Shown here one piece after another: positions 17,527 to 31,937 of a stretch of 64,000 nucleotides of DNA. Both the position numbers and the translations under genes were made by a program. Position 1 is the first letter of the stretch, and the number at the start of each line of letters is the position of its first letter. This DNA comes from Deltaproteobacteria bacterium (GTDB taxonomy: Bacteria; Myxococcota; UBA727; VGSZ01): NCBI GenBank assembly GCA_020850995.1, contig JADZDP010000016.1:420-64419 (forward strand), written 5' to 3'. The notes under the pieces are model-generated. The model had not been told where the DNA came from, did not search any database, and saw only the letters and a list, made by a program, of their open reading frames with translations.

Positions 17527-18192
17527 ATGTCCGACGCCGCTGCCGCCACCGACAAACGCCCGCCGCCTTGGCGCAACCCGTGGGTGCTCGGCTTCCTCGT
17601 GGGTGCGGCCGCGCTCACCATCCTGCCTTTCCTGCAGCGCGCCTCGCTGCGCGCGCCCGAGCCCATCACCAGCGTCGGCGCGTTCGCGCTCACCGACGAG
17701 GGCGGCCGGCCCTTCTCCAGCGCCGATCTCAAGGGCAAGGTGTGGGTGGCCAATTTCTTCTTCGCGCGCTGCCCGAGCATCTGCCCGAAGATGCAGGCCG
17801 AGACCGCCAAGATCCTGCCGCAGGTCGAGGACCTCGGCGACGACCCAGGTGAAACCCCCATCATGCTCGTGTCGATCACCGTCGACCCCGAGCACGACAC
17901 GCCAGAGGTGCTGGCCGGCTATGCGCGCAAGCTGCAGGCGCCGGGCGGACGCTGGAAATTCCTCACCGGCGACCGCGAGCTCATCAAGGACATCGCGGTC
18001 AAGCGTTTCCTCTTGGGCATGGGCGATCGCGAGGCCGTGGGCGACGACGTCTACGACATCGTGCACTCGGGCAAGCTCGCGCTCGTCGATCAAAACGGCG
18101 ACGTGCGCGGCTATTGGAGCGCAGACGATGGCGGGCGCACGGCGCTGGTGTCCGCCGCGCGTTTGCTGGCCAAGCACGGCCCCAACCCCTGA
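17527..18192 (+). CDS. SCO1/SenC copper chaperone
   Basis: FFFARCPSICP (CxxxCP), ITVDPEHDTPE, HSG. N-terminal TM. Confidence 0.93.
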   Translation: MSDAAAATDKRPPPWRNPWVLGFLVGAAALTILPFLQRASLRAPEPITSVGAFALTDEGGRPFSSADLKGKVWVANFFFARCPSICPKMQAETAKILPQVEDLGDDPGETPIMLVSITVDPEHDTPEVLAGYARKLQAPGGRWKFLTGDRELIKDIAVKRFLLGMGDREAVGDDVYDIVHSGKLALVDQNGDVRGYWSADDGGRTALVSAARLLAKHGPNP

Positions 18193-18395
18193 AGGCGTCG
18201 CGAACTGCGGCAAGTTGCCGCGCGCGGCACGTCTGCGCATGGATGCGCTCCGCTCGCGAGCGCATCCAATGGCTGCGTTGATCGACCGACCGTAGGTTCG
18301 TCCTTGTGACGCGCCGCGACTTCAGATAGTCCGCGCGCGCCTGGCCGCACACCCGGCTGGGAACGCGCATCACGCGCGCTACCGGAGCCCACCCC

Positions 18396-19118
18396 ATGGC
18401 CCAGATCTTCCGCCGATGGACCAACTCGCTGCCGCAGATCGGGACCGCCGCGGTCCTCGGCGGCGGCGTGCTCGCCACCCTCGTCGTCTGGTACTGGTTC
18501 GCGCCCGCGCACACCGACGTGGGCTACGCGCCGGCGCAGCCGATCCCGTACAGCCACAAGCTGCACGCGGGCGACATGCAGATCGACTGCCGCTATTGCC
18601 ACCACAACGTGGAGAAGAGCGCGCACGCGGGCGTGCCGTCGACGCAGGTGTGCATGAACTGCCACCGTCACGTGCGCAAAGACTCGACGATGCTCAAGCC
18701 GCTGCGCGACTCGTGGGACAACGGCACCCCGGTGGGCTGGAAGCGCATCCACAAGGTGCCCGACTACGCGTTCTTCAACCATTCGGCGCACGTGCAGCTC
18801 GGCGTGGGCGACAACCGCGCGGCCATCGGGTGCATCACGTGCCACGGGCGCGTCGACGAGATGGCCGTGGTCGAGCAGCGCGAGCCGCTGTCCATGGGCT
18901 GGTGCTTGGACTGCCACGACGCCCCCGCCGCCAACCTGCGCCCCACCGACAAGGTCACCGACATGCTGTGGCGCGCCGACGATGCGTGGCGCCTGAAGGC
19001 GATCCAGATCGCCAAGACGCTCAACCCGCCCGGGAGCCGCACGCAGGCGTTCAAGTGGCGCGAGGACGGCACGCTCGAGACGCGCGCCACCGCGTCGTGC
19101 AACGGCTGCCACCGCTAG
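18396..19118 (+). CDS. actA: Alternative complex III pentaheme cytochrome subunit
   Basis: TM anchor, QPIPYSHKLH, five CxxCH motifs; first gene of the act cluster. Confidence 0.93.
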   Translation: MAQIFRRWTNSLPQIGTAAVLGGGVLATLVVWYWFAPAHTDVGYAPAQPIPYSHKLHAGDMQIDCRYCHHNVEKSAHAGVPSTQVCMNCHRHVRKDSTMLKPLRDSWDNGTPVGWKRIHKVPDYAFFNHSAHVQLGVGDNRAAIGCITCHGRVDEMAVVEQREPLSMGWCLDCHDAPAANLRPTDKVTDMLWRADDAWRLKAIQIAKTLNPPGSRTQAFKWREDGTLETRATASCNGCHR

Positions 19119-19148
19119 GCCTCACCTCTCTTTCATCGCGAGAACACC

Positions 19149-22100
19149 ATGAGCGAGATGAACGATCCCAAGACCACCGCCAGCGACGAGCGCACGGCGT
19201 GGCGGTCCCTCGAGCACCGGCGTGGCGACGAGGCCGTGCTGGCGGGCATCGGCGATGAGTTCAAGCACGGGCCTGCGCCCCAGGGTGAAGCGCTGGCCAT
19301 GCAGCGCCGCGATGTGCTCAAGCTCGCGGGTGCCTCCATGGCGCTGGCGGGGCTCGGCACCGCGTGTTTCCGCCGCCCCGAGGAGGAGATCCTCCCCTAC
19401 GCCAAGCAGCCCGAGGAGATCATCCCCGGCATCGCCAACTACTACGCCACCGCGCAGGCGCGCTCCGAGGGCGCCATCGGCCTCGTGGTGGAGGCGCACG
19501 AAGGTCGCCCCACCAAGATCGAGGGCAACGCGTTGCATCCCGCCAGCCTCGGCGCCGCCGACGCCTGGGCGCAGGCCGAGGTGCTCAAGCTCTACGACGC
19601 CGATCGCAAGGGCGCGCCCCACAAGGACGGCAAGGCCGTCACCTGGGCCGACTGGGACACCTTCGCCAAGGCCTCGAGCGACGCCTTCGCCGGCAAGGGC
19701 GGTCAGGGGCTCGCGTTCCTCGTCGAGGACGCCGAGTCGCCGACCTTCGATCGCGTGATGGCCGCGGCGCTCGCCAAGATGCCGAACGCCAAGGTGTTCC
19801 GCTGGGACCCGCTGGCGCCCGATCGCGCAGCGCAGGGCGCGGAGCTCGCGTTCGGGTCCGGCGCGCGCGTGCACCACGACCTCGAGGGCGTGAAGGTCAT
19901 GTTGGCGCTCGACGCCGACTTCCTCGTCGAGGGCCCCGACCACGTGCGCCTGGCGCGGCAGTTCGGCAAGAACCGTCGCCCCGCGCACGGCGAGGAGGTG
20001 GGCCTGCCGGGCAACCGCCTCTACGTCGCCGAGGGCGTGTTCTCGCGCACCGGCGCCACCGCCGATCATCGTTTGCGCGTGCCGTCGGGTCAGGCGCCGG
20101 CCTTCCTGGCGGCGCTGGCCGCGGAGCTGTCGGGCAAGCACGGCGTCGCGCTCGGTGAGGCGGCGGTGCAGGGCGCGCCCCCCGCGGGCGCCGAGAAGTG
20201 GATCGCCGCGCTCGCCAAGGACCTCGCCGCCAATCGCGGCAAGGGCCTGCTCTTCGTGGGCGAGCGCCAGCCGGCTGCCGTGCACGCGATGGCGCACGCG
20301 ATCAACGTCGCGCTCGGCGCCGTCGACAGCGGCGCGCTCAAGGTGAGCATGGCGGCGGGTGCGGCACCTCGCGTGTCGCACGCCGATTCGCTGGCCGCGC
20401 TCAGCAAGGAGCTCGGCGCGGGCTCCGTCGACACCTTGGTGATCGTCGAAGCCAACCCCCTGTACACGGCGCCTGGCGCCAAGGCCTTCGCCGAAGCCCT
20501 GAAGAAGGCGAAGGTGGTGGTGCACGCGGGCGTCATGCTCGACGAGACCGGCGCTGCGGCCACCTGGCACGTGCCGTTGGCGCACTTCCTCGAGAGCTGG
20601 GGCGACGCGCGCGCGTGGGACGGCACCGCGTCCATCGTGCAGCCGCTCATCCTGCCGCTGCACGGCGCGCGCGCCCCGGTGTCGCTGCTGGCTCAGCTCA
20701 CGGGCAACGGCGAGACCAGCGACCGCAAGCTGGTGGCCGAGACCTGGGTCAGCTTGGGTGACAAGGCCTGGCGCAAGGCGCTGCACGACGGCGTCATCCC
20801 CGCCACGGCGCGCGCGTCCGGCCCGGCCGTGCCGCAAGGCGCTGCCGTCGCGGCGGCGTTCACGGGGCTCAAGGCGAGCGCGCCGAGCAAAGACGCGCTC
20901 GAGCTGGCGGTGCTGCGCGGCCACCTGCTCGACGGTCGCCTGGCCAACGTCTCCTGGTGCCAAGAGCTGCCCGACAGCATGACCAAGATGTGCTGGGACA
21001 ACGCCGTCATCATGGCGCCGAGCCTGGCGGCAGAGCTCGGCATCAACGCCGGCGCGCAGGCCAACGGCTACGGCACCGACGTCGTCGAGCTGAGCGCGGG
21101 TGGCGCCAGCCTCAAGGCGCCGGCCTTCGTGTTCCCCGGCTTCGACAAGCACACCGTGGCGCTGGCCTGGGGTTACGGCAAACGCGCGGGCGGCGAGATC
21201 GCCAAGGGCGCGGGCCTCGACTCCTCGACCTTCCACAACCCCGACCCGAACGTGCCCGTGGGCCACGGCGTCGACCCGGCGCCGCTCCTTGCCGGCGACA
21301 CACTGCTGGTTCCCGGCGTCAAGCTCTCGCGCACCGGCACGCGCGCGACCTTGTGCACCACCCAAGAGCACTTCACGGTGCCCGGCGACCCGTTCAACGA
21401 GCTCAGCTTCGTGGCTGCCGCCAAGGCGCAGGGTGAGGGGCGCATGCTCGGCCAGGCGAACCGCCCCCACTTCCGCAGCGCCACGACGCCGGCGTTGGCG
21501 AAGGACCCGGAGCTCGTGCGCAAGGGCGACATCCCGGAGAACCTCATCGCGATCAAGCCGAAGGGCAGCACCGCCCCCGGCAAGCCGCTGCAGCCCACCA
21601 ACGACGTCATCTACGACGGCCAGCAGTGGGGCATGGTCATCGACCTGTCGGCGTGCACCGGCTGCGATGCCTGCGTGGTGGCATGTCAGGCCGAGAACAA
21701 CATCCCGGCCGTGGGGCGCACCGAAGTGCTCATGGGCCGCGAGATGCACTGGATGCGCATCGACCGCTACTTCGTGGGCGACGTCGACGAGCCGCAGGCG
21801 GCGCACCAGCCGGTGAACTGCATGCAGTGCGAGATGGCGCCGTGCGAGTCGGTGTGCCCGGTGAGCGCCACCGTGCACGACGAAGAGGGCCTCAACGCGA
21901 TGGCCTACAACCGCTGCATCGGCACGCGCTACTGCTCGAACAACTGCCCCTACAAGGTGCGCCGCTTCAACTACCTGGACTTCACCACCACCGCCAACAT
22001 CTACCGCGTGCCGGCGATGGAACCGCGCGCGAAGGTGCTGAGCCTGCAGCGCAACCCGAACGTGACCGTGCGTTACCGCGGCACCATGGAGAAGTGCACC

Positions 22101-22370
22101 TACTGCACCCAGCGTATCGAGGAGGCGAAGATCGCGGCCAAGCGCCGCGGCGAGGACAGGAAGAAGCTTCCCGACGGCGCCGTCACGCCGGCGTGCGAGC
22201 AGACCTGCCCCACTGGCGCCATCGTCTTCGGCAACATCAACGACCCCACGTCGCGCGTGGCCAAGCTCAAGCTGGCCGAGCGCAACTACGAGATGCTCCA
22301 GGAGCTGAACGCGCGCCCGCGCACCACCTTCCTGGCCCGAATCCGCAACACCAACGAGGAGCTGGGCTGA
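19149..22370 (+). CDS. actB: Alternative complex III subunit B (molybdopterin-oxidoreductase-like + Fe-S)
   Basis: Tat motif RRDVLK followed by GTA-C, EGRPTKIEGN, and C-terminal Fe-S motifs CTGCDACVVAC, CMQCEMAPC, CIGTRYCSNNC, KCTYC. Confidence 0.95.
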   Translation: MSEMNDPKTTASDERTAWRSLEHRRGDEAVLAGIGDEFKHGPAPQGEALAMQRRDVLKLAGASMALAGLGTACFRRPEEEILPYAKQPEEIIPGIANYYATAQARSEGAIGLVVEAHEGRPTKIEGNALHPASLGAADAWAQAEVLKLYDADRKGAPHKDGKAVTWADWDTFAKASSDAFAGKGGQGLAFLVEDAESPTFDRVMAAALAKMPNAKVFRWDPLAPDRAAQGAELAFGSGARVHHDLEGVKVMLALDADFLVEGPDHVRLARQFGKNRRPAHGEEVGLPGNRLYVAEGVFSRTGATADHRLRVPSGQAPAFLAALAAELSGKHGVALGEAAVQGAPPAGAEKWIAALAKDLAANRGKGLLFVGERQPAAVHAMAHAINVALGAVDSGALKVSMAAGAAPRVSHADSLAALSKELGAGSVDTLVIVEANPLYTAPGAKAFAEALKKAKVVVHAGVMLDETGAAATWHVPLAHFLESWGDARAWDGTASIVQPLILPLHGARAPVSLLAQLTGNGETSDRKLVAETWVSLGDKAWRKALHDGVIPATARASGPAVPQGAAVAAAFTGLKASAPSKDALELAVLRGHLLDGRLANVSWCQELPDSMTKMCWDNAVIMAPSLAAELGINAGAQANGYGTDVVELSAGGASLKAPAFVFPGFDKHTVALAWGYGKRAGGEIAKGAGLDSSTFHNPDPNVPVGHGVDPAPLLAGDTLLVPGVKLSRTGTRATLCTTQEHFTVPGDPFNELSFVAAAKAQGEGRMLGQANRPHFRSATTPALAKDPELVRKGDIPENLIAIKPKGSTAPGKPLQPTNDVIYDGQQWGMVIDLSACTGCDACVVACQAENNIPAVGRTEVLMGREMHWMRIDRYFVGDVDEPQAAHQPVNCMQCEMAPCESVCPVSATVHDEEGLNAMAYNRCIGTRYCSNNCPYKVRRFNYLDFTTTANIYRVPAMEPRAKVLSLQRNPNVTVRYRGTMEKCTYCTQRIEEAKIAAKRRGEDRKKLPDGAVTPACEQTCPTGAIVFGNINDPTSRVAKLKLAERNYEMLQELNARPRTTFLARIRNTNEELG

Positions 22371-22373
22371 GCC

Positions 22374-23834
<1,461 letters not shown>

Positions 23835-23835
23835 G

Positions 23836-24363
23836 ATGTCGTCATTCGGACTGCTCGCCGAGTACGAAAACCCGGCGCAGCTCTATGCCGCCTGCGAGCG
23901 CGTGCGCGACGCCGGCTACACCAAGTGGGACGCGTGCTCACCCTTCGCTGTGCACGGCCTCGACAAGGCGATGGGCCTCAAGCCCTCGACGCTGCCGTGG
24001 TGGGTGCTCGGCATCGCCATCTCCGGCAGCATCTTCATGTTCTTCTTCCAGATCTGGGCGATGGTGTACGCCTACCCGTTCATCCTCGCGGGCAAGCCGC
24101 TCTTCTCGATCCCGGCCTACGTGCCGTGCTGGTACGAGGCGACGGTGCTGTCGGCCTGCTTGACGGCCTTCTTCGGCAACTGGGCGCTCAACGGCCTGCC
24201 GCGCTACCACCACCCGGCGTTCTCGTCGCGGAGCTTTGCCCGCGTCACCGACGACAAGTTCTTCATCATGATCGAGAGCCGCGATCCCCAGTTCGACGCC
24301 ACGGCCGCCGAGGCGCTGCTCAAGGACACCGGGGCCAGCAGCGTCGAGGAGCTGGAGGACTGA
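23836..24363 (+). CDS. actD: Alternative complex III subunit D (DUF3341)
   Basis: DACSPFAVHGL, GKPLFSIPA, TDDKFF. Confidence 0.92.
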   Translation: MSSFGLLAEYENPAQLYAACERVRDAGYTKWDACSPFAVHGLDKAMGLKPSTLPWWVLGIAISGSIFMFFFQIWAMVYAYPFILAGKPLFSIPAYVPCWYEATVLSACLTAFFGNWALNGLPRYHHPAFSSRSFARVTDDKFFIMIESRDPQFDATAAEALLKDTGASSVEELED

Positions 24364-24364
24364 C

Positions 24365-25282
24365 ATGCAACGCTCAAACATCCTCCTTCCGCTCGGTGTG
24401 CTGGCGCTCGGCGCGGCGTCGCTCGTGGGCTGCCGCGGCTGGACCTCGGACAAGCCGCCGGTCCACTTGAACCCGAACATGGATACCCAGGAGAAGGCCA
24501 AGGCGTTCACGAAGAACGCGTTCTTCGCCGACGGCCTGTCCATGCGCTTGCCCGTGGAGGGCACCGTGGCGCGCGGCTTCCTCCACGACGACGACGCGCA
24601 GTCACGCGGACTGGGCGCCGACGGGCAGCCGACGCAAGACTTCCCGGCGTCGTTCACCGCCACCGTCGCCGCCGCCGAGCGCGGCAAGGACCGCTGGATG
24701 GTGTACTGCGCGCCGTGCCACGGCCGCGCCGCCGACGGCAAGGGCACGGTGACCACGCGGCCGCCGCCCGGCAATTACCCCATCCCGGCGCCGTCGATGC
24801 TCGATGCGCGCCCGCGCAGCATGGCGCTCGGGCAGCTCTATGCGGCCATCAAGGACGGCGTGAACAACAACAACATGCCGGGCTACGCCGCGCAGCTCTC
24901 CGAGGAAGACCGTTGGAACGTGGTCGCCTACATCGTGACCCTGCAGGCCAACAACCCCGACCCGCAAGCGGCCAAGGGCGCCCGCGGCGGCGTCGACCTC
25001 TCGAAGCTCTCTCCCGGCGAGAAGGTGTACAACGCCAAAGGCTGCAACGCCTGTCACTCCGTCGACGGTTCGCCCAAGCTCGGCCCGACCTTCAAGGGCC
25101 TGTGGGGCAAGACCGAGCAGACCGACAAGGGGCCCACCCCCGTCGACGAGGCGTACATCAAGGAGTCGCTGGCGAACCCCATGGCCAAGGTGGTGACGGG
25201 CTTCCCGCCGGTCATGCCGCCCGTGCCGCTCTCCGATCAGGAAGCCGCCGACCTGATCGACTACCTGAAGACCCTGAAGTGA
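24365..25282 (+). CDS. actE: Alternative complex III subunit E lipoprotein fused to a second, CoxB-type cytochrome c domain
   Basis: Lipobox LVG-C; PNMDTQEK; CAPCH; second domain GCNACHSVDGS..LGPTFKGL..DEAYIKESL.NP.AKVV.GF..VMP. Confidence 0.88.
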   Translation: MQRSNILLPLGVLALGAASLVGCRGWTSDKPPVHLNPNMDTQEKAKAFTKNAFFADGLSMRLPVEGTVARGFLHDDDAQSRGLGADGQPTQDFPASFTATVAAAERGKDRWMVYCAPCHGRAADGKGTVTTRPPPGNYPIPAPSMLDARPRSMALGQLYAAIKDGVNNNNMPGYAAQLSEEDRWNVVAYIVTLQANNPDPQAAKGARGGVDLSKLSPGEKVYNAKGCNACHSVDGSPKLGPTFKGLWGKTEQTDKGPTPVDEAYIKESLANPMAKVVTGFPPVMPPVPLSDQEAADLIDYLKTLK

Positions 25283-25295
25283 GCGAGGTGACGAC

Positions 25296-26518
25296 GTGAG
25301 CCATCACATCGAAAAGCCCACCGACATCACCGTTCCACCCACCAGCCTGTGGGCCAAGCTGCCGATGATCGGCGGCGCCCTCGCGGTGGTCGGTCTCGGT
25401 GCCACCCTCGGCAGCGCCTTTGGCCACGACAAGGCGCGCGCCATGTTCTCGTACCTGTTCGCCTACGAGCTGGTGCTGAGCATCGCGCTCGGCTCACTCG
25501 GCTTCGTGCTCATTCAGCACCTGGTGCGCGCGGGCTGGTCGATCACGGTGCGCCGCGTGGCCGAGACCGCCATGGCCACGTTGCCGCTCTTCCTGGTGCT
25601 GTGGATCCCCATCGGGCTGCTCGGCCTCCACGAGCTCTATCCGTGGACGCACGAGACCGACGAGATCCTCGAGCGCAAGCGCTGGTTCTTGTCGAACGGC
25701 TTCTTCTTCGGCCGCGCCGGTCTCTACCTCGTCGGCTGGAGCGTGCTCGCGATCTTCCTCTACCGCTCGTCGGTGAAGATCGACTCGCTCACCGACATGG
25801 GCGAAAAGAAGAAGGTCATCCACCTGATCTGGAAGGTGTCGGCCGCCGGCATCTTCTTCTACGCGCTCACCCAGAGCTTCCAGGCCATCGACTGGCTCAT
25901 GGGCCTGACGCCGCACTGGTACTCGACGATCTTCGGCCTGTACTACTTCGCCGGGTCCATCCTCGCGATGTACGCCTTCGTCTCGCTCGCCACCATGGCG
26001 CTGCAGCGCGCGGGCATGATCAAGAAGGCGGTCACCGCCGAGCACTACCACGACCTCGGCAAGTTCACCTTCGGCCACACGGTATTCTGGGCCTACATCG
26101 CGGTCTCGCAGCTCATCATCATCTGGTTCGGCAACATCCCCGAAGAGACCGAGTACTACATGGCGCGCATGGGCGGCGGCTGGGAGATCGTCAGCTACGC
26201 CCTGCCCGTGACCAACTTCTTCATCCCCTTCCTCTACCTCGTGTCCCGCCACGTGAAGCGGCACCGCACCGCGTTCGCCGTGGGCTGCATCTACACCTTG
26301 GTGATGCGCGTGGTCGACGTGTACTGGCTGGTGCTGCCCTCCTACGGCGCGCACGGTGAGGGCGCGCACGAGCCGCACTTGGCCGTGCATTGGCTCGACG
26401 TCGCCGCCGTGGTCGGCGTCGCCGGTGCCTTCCTGGCCGTGTTCGGGTGGCTGATGAACAAGAACAAGGTCATCGCCATCGGCGATCCGCGGCTCGAGGA
26501 GTCGCTGGCGCACGAGAA

Positions 26519-26525
<7 letters not shown>
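25296..26525 (+). CDS. actF: Alternative complex III subunit F
   Basis: Multi-TM protein; WYSTIFG, HDLGKF, WFGNIPEET. Confidence 0.92.
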
Positions 26526-28999
<2,474 letters not shown>

Positions 29000-29106
29000 G
29001 CGGCCTCCGGTCTGCGGCCATCCGAACGGCGAGCATGCGACCCATGCCTGCAAGGCTTGGATTCCGGAGGGGCGCCGGGGTTGCTTCCATGGTCGGGGGC
29101 ACAGCT

Positions 29107-29230
29107 CCAAAACCGCCCTTGTGCTTCTGACGCCAAAAGCCGCCCAAGCTTGAGGGCCGCAGGGGATCGCGGCCCCCAGAAATCGGGGGAGGCCACGACG
29201 AGCCTTGGGGCTCCCCGGTCTGGGGGGAGC
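29107..29230. other. Intergenic cluster of GC hairpins plus a direct repeat (possible ncRNA, REP-like element or terminator)
   Basis: Stems at 29155-29174, 29173-29189 and 29210-29230; CCAAAA(G)CCGCCC at 29107 and 29133. Confidence 0.35.
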
Positions 29231-29288
29231 GCAACTGACGACGTCATGACCGACCCGGAGGGGGCACTTCCGAGCTCAGGGACACGAG

Positions 29289-31022
29289 CTAGCGCCGCCG
29301 GCGCCGCCCGCCTCGCTCGCGCCGCCGGCCGCCTCCACGATCGCCGCCGACATGGGTGGCCGCCCGCTGGCGCGGGGCGCGCTCGCTCAGGCGCGGCTGC
29401 TTGTAGCCGGCGTTCGCATGCGCGGCCATCACCTTCCACAGCCCCACCTCGTCGAGCGGCTCGCCGGCTGCCCACAGGCGCAGGGTGTACAGCAACAGCG
29501 ACTCGCGGAACGAGGGTCGGTGCGTGACCGACCGGCCGCTTTGGCCGCGCCGCCGCGAGGGCACAAGCTCATCCTGTCCGTCGAGGATCTGGGGCACCCG
29601 CTCCTTGTCGTGGCGCGTGAGCCGCAGGCGCTCGCTCCACGCCTGCAGCGTGTCGTTGAGCCAGGTGTCGAACGACGTGGTGGAGGGCTTCATCGCCTCC
29701 CACGCCGGCGCCAGCAGCACGGCGAACGCGATGGCGCTGGTGACGTCGAGATCCCGGCCACGAGCGGCGTCGAGGGCCTCGAGCAGCTTCTTGGCGCGCG
29801 CGCGGCGCTCCGTGGGGGTCGGCAAGCTCACCGTGCGCGTCTCGACGACCGCTACGGGCGCCGGGGGCTCGCGCGCGGCCTCTGCCGAGGGCTCGTTGGG
29901 CGGCTCCGGCAGCGCAAGCGGCTCCGTGGCCTCGATGGCAGCGGGCAGCGCAACCACCACCGGACGCGGCTCGAGCGCGAGCTCGAGCGCGCTCTCGAGC
30001 TCGGGCAGGATGGCGGCGTGCACGCCGACGTCGGCGCACAGCTCCATGGACGCGGCCGCGTGCCCCGAGGTGAGCAAGCGCAAGAGCTCCTCTTGCAGAC
30101 GCGCGGGCGCGCAGCGCACCAGGCCGCCCACGGCGGCGCGCATGCCGGACAGGGTCTGCTCCTCGATGGCGAAGCCGAGCCGCGTGGCGAACTTGATGGC
30201 GCGGATGATGCGCACCGGGTCTTCCTGGAAGCGCACCTCGGGTGTGCCGATGGTGCGGATCAGGCGCGCCTCGAGATCGGCGCGCCCCGCGACGAAGTCG
30301 AGCACCTTGCCCTTGAGCGGGTCGTAGAACAGGCCGTTGATGGTCAGGTCGCGACGGCGCGCGTCCTGCTCGACGGTGCCGAAGACGTTGTCGCGCTCTA
30401 CCAGGAGGTCGGAGGGCAGATCGTCGAGCTCGTCGATGGGGTTGGCGCGGAAGGTGGCGGTCTCGATGACCTTGCCCGAGGGGAAGAACACGTGCGCCAG
30501 GCGGAAGCGCCGACCCACCAGGCGGCAGTTGCGGAACACCGACTTGACCTGGTTCGGATGGGCCGCGGTGGCGACGTCGAAGTCTTTCGGCGTGCGCCCG
30601 AGTAGCAGGTCGCGCACGCAGCCGCCGGTCAAGTAGGCCTCGAAGCCCTTGGCTTGCAGGCGGCGCACCACCCACAGGGCGTCGGCGTCGATGAGGTCGA
30701 GGGGGATCTCGGGGGGCTCGCTCGACTCGGGAGGGGGCGGCAGCGCCTCATCCGGCTCTGGGTGGGCGACGGCGGAGAAGTGCATGGGCACGTCGTCGTC
30801 GTCATCGTCGTCGCTGGCGTCGTCGAACTGGCTCTCGTCGACCAGCGTGGGCTCTTCGCCCTCGTCGTCGGGGGCGGCGCCCTCGTCGTCGTCATCGTCG
30901 CTGTCGTGCGCTTCGCCCTCGTCGCCGAGGTCGGCACCGGCGGCCTCGTGCTCGTGGGCCTCGTCGTCGGTGGTGGTGTGGTCGCGGCGCGGGCCGCGGT
31001 CGTCATTGGTGGGAACGGACAT
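29289..31022 (-). CDS. pcnB: Poly(A) polymerase I with an acidic N-terminal extension
   Basis: GGCVRDLLLG..PKDFD, the PAP I signature LVGRRFRLAHV, RRDLTIN, EDPVRIIRA. Confidence 0.9.
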   Translation of the reverse strand: MSVPTNDDRGPRRDHTTTDDEAHEHEAAGADLGDEGEAHDSDDDDDEGAAPDDEGEEPTLVDESQFDDASDDDDDDDVPMHFSAVAHPEPDEALPPPPESSEPPEIPLDLIDADALWVVRRLQAKGFEAYLTGGCVRDLLLGRTPKDFDVATAAHPNQVKSVFRNCRLVGRRFRLAHVFFPSGKVIETATFRANPIDELDDLPSDLLVERDNVFGTVEQDARRRDLTINGLFYDPLKGKVLDFVAGRADLEARLIRTIGTPEVRFQEDPVRIIRAIKFATRLGFAIEEQTLSGMRAAVGGLVRCAPARLQEELLRLLTSGHAAASMELCADVGVHAAILPELESALELALEPRPVVVALPAAIEATEPLALPEPPNEPSAEAAREPPAPVAVVETRTVSLPTPTERRARAKKLLEALDAARGRDLDVTSAIAFAVLLAPAWEAMKPSTTSFDTWLNDTLQAWSERLRLTRHDKERVPQILDGQDELVPSRRRGQSGRSVTHRPSFRESLLLYTLRLWAAGEPLDEVGLWKVMAAHANAGYKQPRLSERAPRQRAATHVGGDRGGGRRRERGGRRRRR

Positions 31023-31028
31023 GTCTGC

Positions 31029-31859
<831 letters not shown>

Positions 31860-31937
31860 CCGCGCGGATTAGCAGGCTTTCCGCAGGGTGCGAAGGCCCC
31901 GGTTGACGTCGTCCCCCCCGGCCTGTGTCCTCGCGCC

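Noticed and set aside
18193-18395. FNR/CRP site upstream of actA (TTGAT at about 18278, TGTGA at about 18305)
   Set aside because: Only half-sites; the second halves do not match.
19149-22370. Interpretation as an active molybdoenzyme or polysulfide reductase
   Set aside because: The actA-F context identifies ActB, whose molybdopterin-like domain is known to lack the cofactor.
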